Assembly: GCF_009914755.1 (NCBI RefSeq)
Contig: NC_060925.1
DNA from: the human T2T-CHM13v2.0 reference genome, Homo sapiens
Direction: 5' to 3' (one strand)
Length of the DNA: 64,000 nucleotides
Below, one piece after another: positions 13,284 through 25,533 of this stretch; within the stretch, counting starts at the first letter, position 1; every line of letters starts with the position of its first letter. The notes under the pieces were generated by a model. That model saw only the letters and a list, made by a program, of their open reading frames with translations, was not told the DNA's origin and searched no databases. A program made the position numbers and the translations under genes.

Positions 13284-15479
13284 CTGCACAAGAAATGGAG
13301 ATGGGGTAACATGAGCGACAGTTCGGTCTGTCCAGATTTAGATTGAGTGGGGAAAAACAGCACAAAGAAGAGGGCTTTTCAGGAGACTGGGAGGGAGGTG
13401 GCAGGACTGGGGAGAGTCATTGATCCTCCCAAGATGGGAAGAGACAGGAAGAAGAGCAGTTTGGAGTGGAACCATTAGTATCAGGAGCAAGGAACCACCT
13501 AGGTGTGAGGGGTTCCAGCAACCCTGCTCAAAGAGAATGCTGTCACTTTCTTTCCTTTAGTAACTTAGAAACCCTTCCTTGCAGAGCTCTGAGTAGGGCT
13601 GTTATCTGAGCCTTACCTCAGAGCACTGAAATTCAGAAAGTTTAAACATTTCAAAGACCAAACACAGTTAAGCCCTCTCTAGATCATCTTTGAGGCCACC
13701 TTGCCCTTGACCTCAAGTCAGCGCCCTGGGCAGCTATAGTGCTGGGTGCAGCCCTGAACCCAAGGGCCAAAGCAGGAAGCAGAGCTTCCTGCTTCCCTTT
13801 TCTTGTTCCTACCCCTTAGGAAATCGGTGGTGGAGGTATTTCATGCTGCCGGCCACTGAAAGCATATTGCCAGTTTGGGTTCTACTGGGAGCCAGTGGAG
13901 GCAGCAGGGTTCATTAGGCAAGGTGCAAGCAAAATTCCTGGAAGCAAGAAGAAGCTAAGAGAAGCAGAGAACTGTCAGCTGTCCTTAGAGGCTGGGGAGT
14001 CATGGGCATCTGACAATGTCAATAACTTCATTTGTGTTTTAAAATACTGCAGGAGTTTGTTGCTTTTCTCTCCCGTCCAGACCCGTGTGAAGTGTTTCTA
14101 GAAAGATTAGAGCTGGGTCTCAAAGTGAGACCACATGAAACTTGAGATTTAGGCCTTCAAATTGGAGCCCTGAGACAATAGGGAGAGGCCAGAGAGGGCT
14201 GAGGCCAGGCAGGGAGGAGCTCTTGAGTCGGAAGAAGTAAGCTAATAGGCCTGAATCCCAAAGAGGTTTCCTTTGCTCTAAGTTGTTTTTCCTCCTGTGG
14301 TCTCCTAATCTCAAGTCATCTTCTTTTTGGAAAAATAGATTATTTTTAGCAAGCACCCGGGCATCACTGGCTGTGGGTAGATTCACATGCTTTCAGGAAT
14401 TTGTACCAGAGTCTGGTAGCAGTGAGAGAAACAAAGTCCCCTTTTATTATTCACATTCCAATAGCCACTGCTTTATTTTTCACATTCCCATAGCCACTGC
14501 TGGGGCAAAAATAAATAAATAAATAAAGATAAAAATAAAAAAACAGGCATGGGGAGCTGCTCTAACAGCCTCTGAACCCAGAGGCATCTGGGAGAGGATG
14601 CTTGCCTGCTCTGCGAGGCTGCACAGGGCCTCACGTATGTGGCCAGCGCGGAAGAGCCCCACCACATGTGCTTCCTGCGTGCTGCTGGGTCTCCACAGCA
14701 AAGCGCCAGGGGGCAGTGGAAAGAAGGCACTTCCGCCCCACTTCACCCACCCTGCCCCACTTCCTGCCAGCAGTTTGGTAGGCTCCATCAGAGCTTTTCC
14801 CCTGGGCCTGTCACCACATCTGCCCTAAGCGAGACACAGCAGTGGGGGCATCTGCAGGCCCTCTGCAATTTCCTCCTCTTCTAATTCTTGGATGACAGGC
14901 AGAGTTGGCCCCTGCCTGCTGCGAAGAGCAGGCGAGAGGCTCCTGGAGGAGCCTACTCAGGCTGGTGGGCTTTGTGCCAGGCTGGTTACTCTCTCTAGTA
15001 CCTCAGCCACACTCAGGCCTCTTCTTCCAAAAGGCTGTGAATGCAGCCTATTGAGCCAGCTACAAAACTATTATGCTTTGGCTGGTCACACTTCCCAGCC
15101 TGTGTCACCATTAAGGGACTCATGAATGTAAGCCCTGACTCATTAGGAAAAAGAATTTGTGGTCAGACAACAAATACCACAGCAGCACTCTGCCTCTGTC
15201 ATTGATTTCTGTTGTGCTCCATCCCTTCTCAGCAGGTGCAATTCTGCACCAAGATGCCCCTTCAGCCTCCCTTTCATCTCCTCTGCTCCTTTTGTTTCCT
15301 CTTTTCCTCCATCACCAGAACTAGGAAGCAGGTGGAGAAAAGATAGATGGGGAAGGGCTGAGGGTCACATCAAAAGGACAGTCGTTCAGTCCTTTTTGTC
15401 CCTCTGCTCTGAATAACCATCATTGAAAGAGCATTTTCCAAGCCAGCTGAGAGAGACCCCAGCCTCCGGGATGACATAC

Positions 15480-15547
15480 GTGATTTCTCCTGGTTTTCAG
15501 ATCCTTGACATCTTCGTAAATTGTCAAAAATTCCTTGGGACTGGTCT
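15480..15547 (-). CDS. CD244: CD244 exon 5 ETSPKEFLTIYEDVKDLKTRRNH
   Basis: cctcAG / GTATGT sites; 68 nt; ITSM TIYEDV. Confidence 0.95.
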
Positions 15548-15967
15548 CTGAGGGAGGAAGAAAACAAAGAGCAGAGCTGCAGAAACCTCCAGAAGGGCTT
15601 TTGCTTCTAACAGGTCCCACCTCTACCCCAAATGGCCAAACCTTAAAAAAGGTTCTAGAAAGGAGGCAAGTTAATGCTCTTCCCAGGAACCCCAAAGAGC
15701 ACAGAGGCAGCAACCGAACTGCCCCTCCCACACCTCCTCCCAAACCAGCTGTCTACAGGGAAATCTGCGCATTGGGATCAGAAGGCATGAACTGGGAGAG
15801 AGAGCCTAGCAACCTGCTTGCCCCCCGCCACCACGCACACAAACATACCAAAGCTCGTTGAGGAAAAGGAGATGCTGTGCTCCCAGACACATCCCACTGG
15901 ACGCAGGACAAAGTCACAGGATCCAAGGCCTCAGGCAGGAGCACCACCCTAAGGACCTTCCACTCAC

Positions 15968-16078
15968 CTGACTGCTTCTCCTTCCTCTTTCTCCTCCACA
16001 CACAGAAGCAGGCAAGGGTGCCAAGGAACAGTGCGCTTAGAATCACGATGATCACCAAAAACGGCCAAAATCTGAATT
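15968..16078 (-). CDS. CD244: CD244 exon 4, transmembrane helix and basic stop-transfer segment
   Basis: EFRFWPFLVIIVILSALFLGTLACFCVWRRKRKEKQS; AG / GTGAGT sites; 111 nt. Confidence 0.96.
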
Positions 16079-16454
16079 CTGAGGAATACAGAAGGCGTGA
16101 GAACTGAGCTGTCAGCTCGCTCTCTTCTTCCTTCCCACCTGCCTGCTGCAGGGGCTGCCTCAAAACCCACTTTTCTCTGTGTTGTGGCTGATTGCCTCGT
16201 GCTCTGAGAACTCACGGTCAAGGTTTTCTCTTTGCTCATTTGGTTAACCTCCTCTGAGTGATGCCAAGAGCATAGATATATCAGACAGGCCTGGCTCAAA
16301 TTCTAACCCTGTGAGCTCTGCACTATTTATTTAACCTCTCTGGGCCTCTCAAGTCATCTTATTTTTGGAAGATGCCTCAGAGCCTCTTAGATTTTCTCAC
16401 CTGTAAAAGGGGATAACGTTATCTACCTATAGGGGTTAATTACATGATCTAATA

Positions 16455-16802
16455 CAGTTGCCCTCCAAAGTTTTGAGTTCCACAATGTGGATTCAATGAA
16501 TTGTGGATCCAGAATATTCAGGGAAAAAAAATGCATGTGTATTGAATATGTAGAGGCCTTTTTCCTTGTCATTATTCCCTAAACAATACAGTATAACAAC
16601 TATTTAAATAGCATTTACATTGTATCAGGCATTATAACTAATTTAGAGGTGACTTAAGTAAGGTATACAGAAGGATGTGTGCATAGGTTATATGCAAAAA
16701 CTGCACCTGTTTATGCCAGGGACTTAAACATTCGTGGATCTTGGCATCTGTGGTTGCGAGGTGGGTCCTGGAACTAATTCGTCATGGATACTGAGGGACA
16801 TG
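16455..16802. mobile_element. MER2-like Tigger-family DNA transposon fossil
   Basis: TA-CAGTTGCCCTC ... GAGGGACATG-TA imperfect TIRs with TA target duplication. Confidence 0.75.
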
Positions 16803-17160
16803 TAGCACAACAAATGTTACATTTATCCATTCCTTTGTTTTTAACTCAAAAAATACTCATTGTACAGGCAAGTTTTCCGTCTCACTTTTCCACTATTCCT
16901 TCCTTCATGGCTCTTCCTCATTTGAACTTCTACTTAAAAGATTTGTGTCACACATGTAGCCTGATATATAATCCAGCCAACAAGAGGAAGGAAAAGGAAT
17001 TAAGTGTTCCAAGGGCTGACAAGGCTCTTTGCAAACATTATCTCATTTACTCTTAACAGCAATCCTGTGAGGTACTTATTATCACCCCCATTTTACTCAA
17101 GGGGGAAGAAAATTGAGGCTCAGAGAGGTTAATGAATCTGCCAGAGATCACAGAGCTTCT

Positions 17161-17297
17161 TTTTTTTTTTTTTTTAAATAGAGATGGGATTACACCATAT
17201 TGTCCAGGCTGGTCTCAAACACCTGGACTCAAGTGATCCACCTGCCTCAGCCTCCCAAAGTGCTAGGATTACATGTGTGAGCCACCACACCTGACCT
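17161..17297 (-). mobile_element. Alu monomer (FLAM-like) inserted in a MIR, with 18-bp TSD
   Basis: AGAGATCACAGAGCTTCT at 17143-17160 and 17301-17318. Confidence 0.85.
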
Positions 17298-17342
17298 CTA
17301 AGAGATCACAGAGCTTCTGAATGATGAAGCCAGTGTCCTAGT

Positions 17343-17585
17343 TCAGTGGCATGATCTTGACTCACTGCAACCTCCGCCTCCTGGGTTCAAGCAATTCTCC
17401 TGCCTCAGCCTCCTGAGTAGCTGAGATTACAGGTGCCCGCCAACACGCCCAGCTAATTTTTTGTATTTTTAGTAGAGACAGGGTTTCACCATGTTGGCCA
17501 GGCTGGTCTCAAACTCCTGACCTTGTGATCCACCCACCTCAGCCTCCCAAAGTGCTGGGATTACAGGGAGCCACTGCGCCCGGCC
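17343..17585 (-). mobile_element. Alu, tail end truncated
   Basis: Reverse-complement Alu body. Confidence 0.85.
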
Positions 17586-18237
17586 TGCCTCAGTCTTGTT
17601 TCTTTTTTGTCCACAAGTAGTTATTTTTGTTGCCCCATTTGGCTATAAGTTCCTTATGAATGAGAGCTGTATGGTTTTTTTTTCCTATAATGCCCATGCT
17701 GCTGGTACATTAAGTCCCTGTTTATGTAATAAAAAGTTGTGGAACGGTAACTCAGGTAACTCTTAGGATGAGCATAAGCAACAGCCCAAGAACTCATCTA
17801 GGTATCCCTGGGGTCATCCTGATGCTCCTGCTCCAGGCTACTGCTGCACAGTGTAGTTACCTCTTGAACTATGTGGCTTGGAGAAAGTTATCACTCAAGA
17901 GGAGAGGACAGTTCTCCATCAGCCTCTCCCAGGAAGAAAATAATGTTCAGGAGCCATTTCAGGACTGTCACTCACCAAACAACTATGCCCTCCCTCTGCA
18001 GAAGAAAAGCTTGCATCTCCCAGAAGGAAATAGGGATAACATTTTTTTCCAGAGTAGGATAGGCCTAGCTTTACAGGAACTGTGTGCCTGGAGGCCAGGG
18101 CTACCCTGGGAAGGGCTACAAGGCACTGGGAGAGGAGGCCAAGGGATTTTATCTCATACCACATCTGTCTTGCACATGAGCCTGGTTGCGGGGTCCAAAC
18201 CTTCAGCGCTTGTTATAGCCCAGTGTGTTCCACTTAC

Positions 18238-18528
18238 CCTGATGGGCATTCTGACAGTCCTGAGTGAGATTCAGGGTGTGGCTTTCCCAGCTAACAGGAT
18301 TGCTGACATTGCAGGTATATGTGTGAGTGCCATTAATGTCAACCTCCTCGTCCAGGTAGGTGAGGTTCCCTGCTGTCTGGATCAGCTTGCTCCCTCTGTA
18401 CCAAGCATAGGACACATTGCCATCCCTGGAGACCAAGCAAGACAGAGCCACTTGGCATCTCCCTCTGTCCAGGATCTTCCCCTGCCCCTGTAGGCGGGGT
18501 TTCTCAACTTTATCTGGAAGCAGAGATT
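18238..18528 (-). CDS. CD244: CD244 exon 3, Ig C2 domain (alternative acceptor starts the exon at 18513)
   Basis: SLLPDKVEKPRL...CQVALSC...YAWYRG...YTCNVSNPVSW; AG / GTAAGT sites. Confidence 0.96.
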
Positions 18529-18611
18529 CTGATCAGAAAGGCATTGGAAATACAGAACTTAGAGGCCTATAGGAATCAGAGAGGGCAGTATGAACAGTCC
18601 TGGAGACTTAC

Positions 18612-18929
18612 GAAATACAAAAACCTGGAACGTGGCTGTCTGAACTTTTCCAGATATACTGGTGACCTCCAGGCAGTAGAGGCCACTGTCCTGCTGCTGA
18701 GCTGCCTTGATGAGAAGACTCAAGTTCTTGACTATAAAACTGAATCTATCATTGGAAGTATTGGAAGGCAAAGAGCCATTCTCCCACTTCAATATGTGAT
18801 GAAATCCATTTTGTGAGGGCAGCAACTTCTTCCATGCAATGCTGTCAACCTTCGTCTGTATGCTGTTTGGTTGTAACTGAAGAGGCACTCCCGAGATGCT
18901 AACCACATGGTCAGCTGATCCCTGGCATC
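18612..18929 (-). CDS. CD244: CD244 exon 2, Ig V domain (CD48-binding)
   Basis: CQGSADHVV...IAWKK...DSGLYCLEV...FQVFVF; cctAG / GTAAGT sites; 318 nt. Confidence 0.96.
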
Positions 18930-19269
18930 CTAGGAAAGAGAACCCAAGCTGAAAGTAGCGGGAAGAGTGTCAGGCCTGAGCAATGTGGGCAGCTGGATGT
19001 GACTTCCCTTAAGCCAATTGGGTGGGGATGAGTATGAGGAGCCCAGAACCTAGGAGCACCTTAAAGCGTATCCCCTCCATCTGCCTCCCCTTGTCCCCAA
19101 GCTCTGTGTCCCTAGTCTGAGGGATCCCATAGACCAATAGCTAAAATCTTGAGTACTTACTATGTGACAGGCAGGTTTCACACTTTATACATTTTAACTA
19201 TTTAAGTTAAAAGGTATGATGAGTTAAAAGAATGATGAGCCTGAAACCTAGTCAGTTTGGTGTTATGTT

Positions 19270-19450
19270 TTTGTTTTCTTTTGTTTTGTTTTCTAGAGAC
19301 AGGGTCTCACTCTGTCACCCAGGCTGGAGTGCAGTGGCGCAATCACAGCTCACTGCAGCCTTGAACTCCTGGGCTTGAGGTGATCCTCCCATCTCAACCT
19401 CCCTAGTAGCTGGGAGCACAGGTGCTAGGGAGCTTATTTGTTTACTCTTT
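19270..19450 (-). mobile_element. Old Alu right-arm fragment
   Basis: GAGACAGGGTCTCACTCTGTCACCCAGGCTGGAGTGCAGTGG. Confidence 0.8.
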
Positions 19451-21414
19451 GTAAAGACAGCAGTTTGGCTTGAGAGGATAAATTCTTAACCATGATGCTA
19501 TAAATACCACATCTAAGGTGACTCCCTCCAAGCAGTGCTGAGGCAACTACTAATGGCAAGTAGTGACTGTTGGAAATTCTGAATGGTCAGGCCCAGGAAG
19601 ACTAACCGTCCAAGCTGAACTCATGGCCCCTCAACCATCCTCTCACAGAGCTGAATACATAATCCTCTCTCGTGGCACTTGGTTCATTGGATTTTGGTCA
19701 TTACTTATTGATGTTTGCCAGTTTTTCAGTGATCAGAAAGTCTCCACAAAAATTTCTCCCTAGAAAACAATTTTAAAAATAAAACTACACTTCCCAGGCA
19801 GATCCCAGCACTTCCCTCTCAAAGAATCAAGATGAAACCTAATGAATATGGGGGTGTGACAACCTAGAGCAATTCTGTGCAGTCAGTGTACAAAACTGGA
19901 AGTTCCTACAGCCATTTTTAGTAATAAAGCTATGTGGCATGGCCCAGCAGGTGCAGGAAATTAAAAAGTCTCTCTGGGTGAGTTGGGGAGGCTCAGGGAG
20001 GATTTGGAAGAGAAAATAAGAGATGGGGAGAGTTTTACAAGTGGCTCCGTTAAAATGGAGGCTATTAAGAAGAGAGCAATTGAGACAGAGGGGTTTTTAT
20101 ATGTCCAGTGCATTATGAATGCAGTCTCTCCAAGCCACAGCTTCACCCTGGCATTTTCTCAAGAGACTAAGTAAATAATTAAAGGACTTGTAATACTATT
20201 TGTTTGATGAAATATGTTTCTTTGATCTTGATGCTCCTAAGACTAAAACACATAGGTTCCCATTTATATTTATATGACTTGTACTGGCTCTGCCCATTAG
20301 CAAACCAAAAGCTTCTCAAAAGCAGAGACTGTGCTGTGCATCTCTGTGTCTCTGTCTCCTACGATCCTAGCACTATTTATAAGAACAAGTCAACCTACCA
20401 AATATTGCACAAAGACCCTGAGAACAAAGGTGAATGGAAAAAATCATTACTAAACCTACAAGGAGGACATATACTGTCTTCATCAATTATTCAGTCCTTA
20501 CTGAGTCCCACTGCAATCCAGCCCCTGAAGAGGCAGGGCCTCTTCATGTATAAGGCATGATTCCTGACTCCAGAGAGTTTGTGATCTGGAAACAGAACAC
20601 TTTCATTCTACAGCATCCCCTTAATTGTTGAGATAAAAAATCATCGAAGGAATTCTAATTATGTAATGAAAATCCAGGTTAAGACATGCTAACCAATCCT
20701 CCCACTAAAAATAGCTAGAAGAAAAATGAACAACATGTAAAAGCACATTGTTAAAGTTATCAGAGAGTTTATAAAGCAGTGAAAAATTATGGGGCCAATA
20801 TCTGGAAGAAGGAAATTCAGAGAGGTGAGATCAGCATTTCTGACTGTTGTTCCCTGGAGGCATCTTCTGATTCCATAAATGGCAGCTAAAAGGCTGAGAA
20901 GCTGAGCAGAGCTCACAATAAAACTCAAGGAACTAAGAGAACATGAAGTTCACGTCCCTCCTATTAGAAAGCGGGTATACCTAAAATCCATCAGTGTTGA
21001 GGTTGGTACCACAGAGGGCTATACCCAAAGAGTAAGAGTGAACGAGAAATGAACAGCCCTCACAGGAACTGAAGCTCAATTTTGAATCATCACAACCCTG
21101 GATTGAACTAATGATCTGGAATCTCTGGTAGCCCTAACCTGGCTGCCAACTAGAGGCAAATATAAGTTATGACTAGAGGAAAATAACATCAACCAGAGCA
21201 TTAAATTATTCCTAGAATGTTTCATACACAATATCCAAAATGAAGTATAAGAAAAGGAAACATCTCCAAAAACCAACAGAAGAATAGAGACAACAGAAAC
21301 CAACAAACAGGGCATCTACATAATAGAGTTGTCAGTCATAAACTTTAAAGTAATCATGTCTAATATGTTCAAGGAAATAAAACATAAGTTTAAGAATTTC
21401 AGCAGAGAACTAGC

Positions 21415-22215
21415 GTGATAGAATGCAAAAATACCATGTCCTTGCAATGTGACTTTACAGCTCCTTCTGTTATCAAGAAATGGGGTTCATTTCCCTGTCT
21501 CTTGGAACTGGGCTGGTCTTCATGATGAAACGCAGCAAAAATGATGTTCTGCCAGTTCTAAGCCTAGATCTGAAAAGGCATTGCACATTTCTACTTGTTC
21601 TCTTGGAACCTCATCTGGCTGACCTGTGAACAAGCCTAAAATAGCCTGCTGGAGAATAAGATATCACATGATACAGAGATAAGCCAACACAGCTAAGGCC
21701 ATTCTAAATCAGCTAGCCCTGGCCTGGTGCGGTGGCTCATGCCCGTAATTCCAGCACTTTGGGAGGCCAAGGCCGGCAGATCACTCAAGGTCGGGAGTTC
21801 GAGACCACCCTGGCCAACATGGTAAAACCTCGTCTCTACTAACGATACAAAAATTAGCCAGGCATGGTGGCGCACACTTGTAACCCCAGCTACTTGGGAG
21901 TCTGAGGCACGAGAACTGCTTGAACCCGGGAGATGGAGCTTGCAGTGAGCCGAGATATCATGCCACTGCACTCTAGCCTGCATGACAGAGCAAGACTTAA
22001 TCTCAAAAAACAATAAAAAATAAATAAATGAATCAGCCACCCGTGGCCAGTCTGGCAGCTGACCACACATGCATGACTGATGCAAGAGGAAACCAAAAGA
22101 ACCACCTAGCTGAGCCCAGCCCAAATTGCCAACTAGCAGAATCACTAACTAAATAGGTAGTTGTTTTAAACTACTGGATTTTGGAGTAGGTCATTATGCA
22201 GCAATAGTTACCTGA
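21415..22215 (+). mobile_element. MLT1-type MaLR LTR with an Alu inserted at ~21721-22030
   Basis: CCTTGCAATGTGACTTT... and ...TTATGCAGCAATAG motifs typical of MLT1. Confidence 0.65.
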
Positions 22216-22588
22216 AATTGGATTTTTTTTAAAGAATTCAATGAAAATTACAGAAATAAAATGTAAAATAACTGTAAAACAAACTCAATTGAAAGGTTAA
22301 AAAGGCCATTTAGATGCCATTGAAAAGAGAATTAGAAAACTGTTATAAAATATCCAGAGTGAAGTAAAGAAAAACAAAAGGATAAAAATACACAAGAAGG
22401 AGTGTAAGAGATATTTGAGATATAGCAAAAACAAAACAAAACCCCTAAACTAAGTGTAATTGGAAAGCAAGGAGACGAGAGAGGAAAGAGGAACTAAGCA
22501 AAAGAGATAAAAGATAAGAATTTCCCAAAACTGACAAAAGCCATCAAGATAGATTTGTAAAATGTGTTACAAACCCCAAGCAAGATCA

Positions 22589-22905
<317 letters not shown>

Positions 22906-23083
22906 ACAAACCAATGAACAAAAGACAACCTCTCAATACATCAAAAAAATTATGGAAACCAAAGATAAATAGAAAAATCGTAAAATAGCCAGAGTGGGGG
23001 AAAACTAAATTCCCTTCACAAAACAAACAACTTAGCTGACATTTCAGCAAAAATAATAAAAAGCAGATGATGGAATGGTATCT

Positions 23084-23343
23084 TTTTTTTTTATTTTTCC
23101 ATAGGTTATTGGGGTACAGGTGGTGTTTGGTTACAAGAGAAAGTTCATTAGAGGTGATTTGTGAGTCGGTGCACCCATCACCCGAGCAGTATACACTGCA
23201 CTCTATTTATAGTCTTTTATCCCTCACTCCCCTCCCACTTTTCCTCCCAAGTCACCAAAGTCCACTGTATCATTCTTATGCCTTTGCATCCTCGTAGCTT
23301 AACTCCCACGTATCAGTGAGAACATACGTTGTTTGGTTTTCCA
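23084..23343 (-). mobile_element. L1PB-like 3'-end fragment
   Basis: T tail + CCATAGGTTATTGGGGTACAGGTGG...AGTGAGAACATACG. Confidence 0.75.
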
Positions 23344-23417
23344 AGGAATGATATATTTAAAGTGCTGAAAGAAAATAACTGCCTATCTAGAATTTCGGTA
23401 CTTCAAAGATGAAAGCA

Positions 23418-23700
23418 GACGCAGTGGCTCATGCCTGTAATCCCCGCACTTTGGGAGGCTGAAGCAGGTGAATCAGTTGAGGTCGGGAGTTGGAGACCAG
23501 GCTGGCCAACATGGCAAACCCCATCTCGACTAAAAATACAAAAGTTAGCTGAGCGTGGTGGCACGCGCCCATAATCCCGGCTACTCAGGAGGCTGAGGCA
23601 CGAGAATCACTTGAACCCAGGAAGTCAAGGCTGCAGCGAGCCAAGATGGTGCCACTCCCCTCCTGCCTGGGTGACAAAGTGAGACTGTCTCAAAAAATAG
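23418..23700 (+). mobile_element. Alu
   Basis: Dimeric Alu. Confidence 0.88.
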
Positions 23701-25036
23701 TAATAATTTTTTAAATGAAGCTGAAATAAAGACATTTTTAGAAAAAATTAAAAACGGAAAGAATTTGTCACAAAAAGGCCTGCAGTAAAGGAAATACCAA
23801 AGGATGTTCTTTAGATATAAAGAAAATGGAAACTCAGGCACAAGAAGTGAAAAACAATAGAAACAGATGTAATTTGTGACAATAAAAGTGGGGGGATAGA
23901 GCTGTATAGGAGTTTTCTATAGTATTGAGGCTGAATTGGCATCAATTCAAACTATATTGTTGGAGGTATTCATTGTAATACCTGTGGTAACCATTGAGAA
24001 AATAACAAAATGTACAGAAAAAGAAATGAGAAGGGAATCAAAAAGATGCAGCACAAAAATATCAATTAAATACAAAAGAAGGCAATAACGGAGAAAATGA
24101 ACAAAAAAAGACATAAGATGTATAAAAAATATACAGAAATAGAAGGAAATGTCATCATTATAAAAGAACCAATTAAGTAAGAATAAACAATCATCTTCAG
24201 TTTCTATGCATATAACAAGTTTAAAATATATAAAATAAAATTTGATAGAACTAAAAGGAGAAGTAAATCCACAACTATAGTTGGAGAGTTTTATTACATC
24301 TGTCTCTCTAGCTGCTACAAGAAGCACACAAAAAAATCAATAAGGCTATAAGAATTTGAAGATCATTAAACCAATATATATATAAATTATATATAAAACA
24401 ATTCTCCTAACAATTGCAGAATACATATTCTTTTCAAGTGCACATGCAATAGTTACCAAAGTATTATCATATGCTGTGCATTAAAACAAGTGTCAACAAA
24501 GTTCAAAGTATTGAAATCATACCAATTATGCCCTCTAAGCACAGTAGAATTAAACAAAAAATCAATAACAGAAAAATAACCAGAAAATCTCTGAATGTTT
24601 AAAACATAAGAAACATATTTCTAAAAACCCATGAGTCAAAGAATAAATCAAATGAAATTTGGGAAATATTTAGAGCAAAGTGATAATGAGTATCAAATGT
24701 GCAATATAGCTAAGGCAGTGTTTAGAGGGAAATTTATGGCTTTAAATTTGTATATTGGAAAAGAAAGAAAGTTTGCAAGTCAATAATGCAAGATTCAATC
24801 TCAAGAAACCAAAGAAAAAGAAATAGTAATTCAAATAATGATGATGATGATGATAATCCAGAGAAAGGAGAAAGGAGAAAGTAAATGTAAGAGCTAACTT
24901 CAATAAAATAAAAAGCAAATACACAATAGAGAAAATTAGCAAAGCCAAAAGTAAATTCATTAAATAAAAGTGTTAAAATGTATATACCTGGTGCTTTGGA
25001 GGTGCCTTCACCACCTAGAGTCTCTTGCTATCAACC

Positions 25037-25531
25037 GTAGTCAACCCCACCATGTTCATTAATATAGCAGTTGACCATGAACCCTTGGACCGTGTCTCCT
25101 TGGAGCTGTTTGCACATAAAGTTCCAAAGACAGCAGAAAACATTTGTGTTCTGAGCACTAGAGAGAAATGATTTGGTTACAAGAGCTCCTGCTCTCACAG
25201 GATTATTGCAGAATTTATGTGCCAGGATGTTGACATCACACACCATAATGGCACTGGTGGCAAGTTCATCTATGGGGTGAAATTTGATGGTGAGAACTTC
25301 ATCCTGAAGCATACAGGTCTTGGCATCTTGTCCATGGCAAATGCTGGACCCAACACAAATAGTTCCCAGTTTTTCATCTACATTGCCGAGACTGAATGGA
25401 TGGATGGCAAGCGTGTGGTATTTGGCAAGTTGAAAGGGGGCATGAATATTGCAGACAGCATGGAGCCCTTTGGGTCCAGGAATGGCAAGACCAGCAAGAA
25501 GATCACCATTGCTGAGTGTAGACAACTCTAA
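25037..25531 (+). pseudogene. PPIAP37: PPIA (cyclophilin A) processed pseudogene; symbol recalled, not verified
   Basis: Intronless and colinear with the PPIA CDS (VNPT...PKTAEN...HNGTGGK...[11 protein letters not shown]...VVFGK); start ATG>GTA; nonsense TGA at codon 45 (25169-25171); H126>R. Confidence 0.93.
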
Positions 25532-25533
25532 TC

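Noticed and set aside
17768-18493. 241-aa + strand ORF, the longest in the window
   Set aside because: Antisense to CD244 exon 3 and intron 3; no recognisable domain, promoter or poly(A) support.
25217-25531. 104-aa cyclophilin ORF as a functional gene or TRIMCyp-like CD244 fusion
   Set aside because: It starts at Met61 and so lacks catalytic Arg55, carries H126R, and is antisense to CD244, so it cannot be spliced into that transcript.
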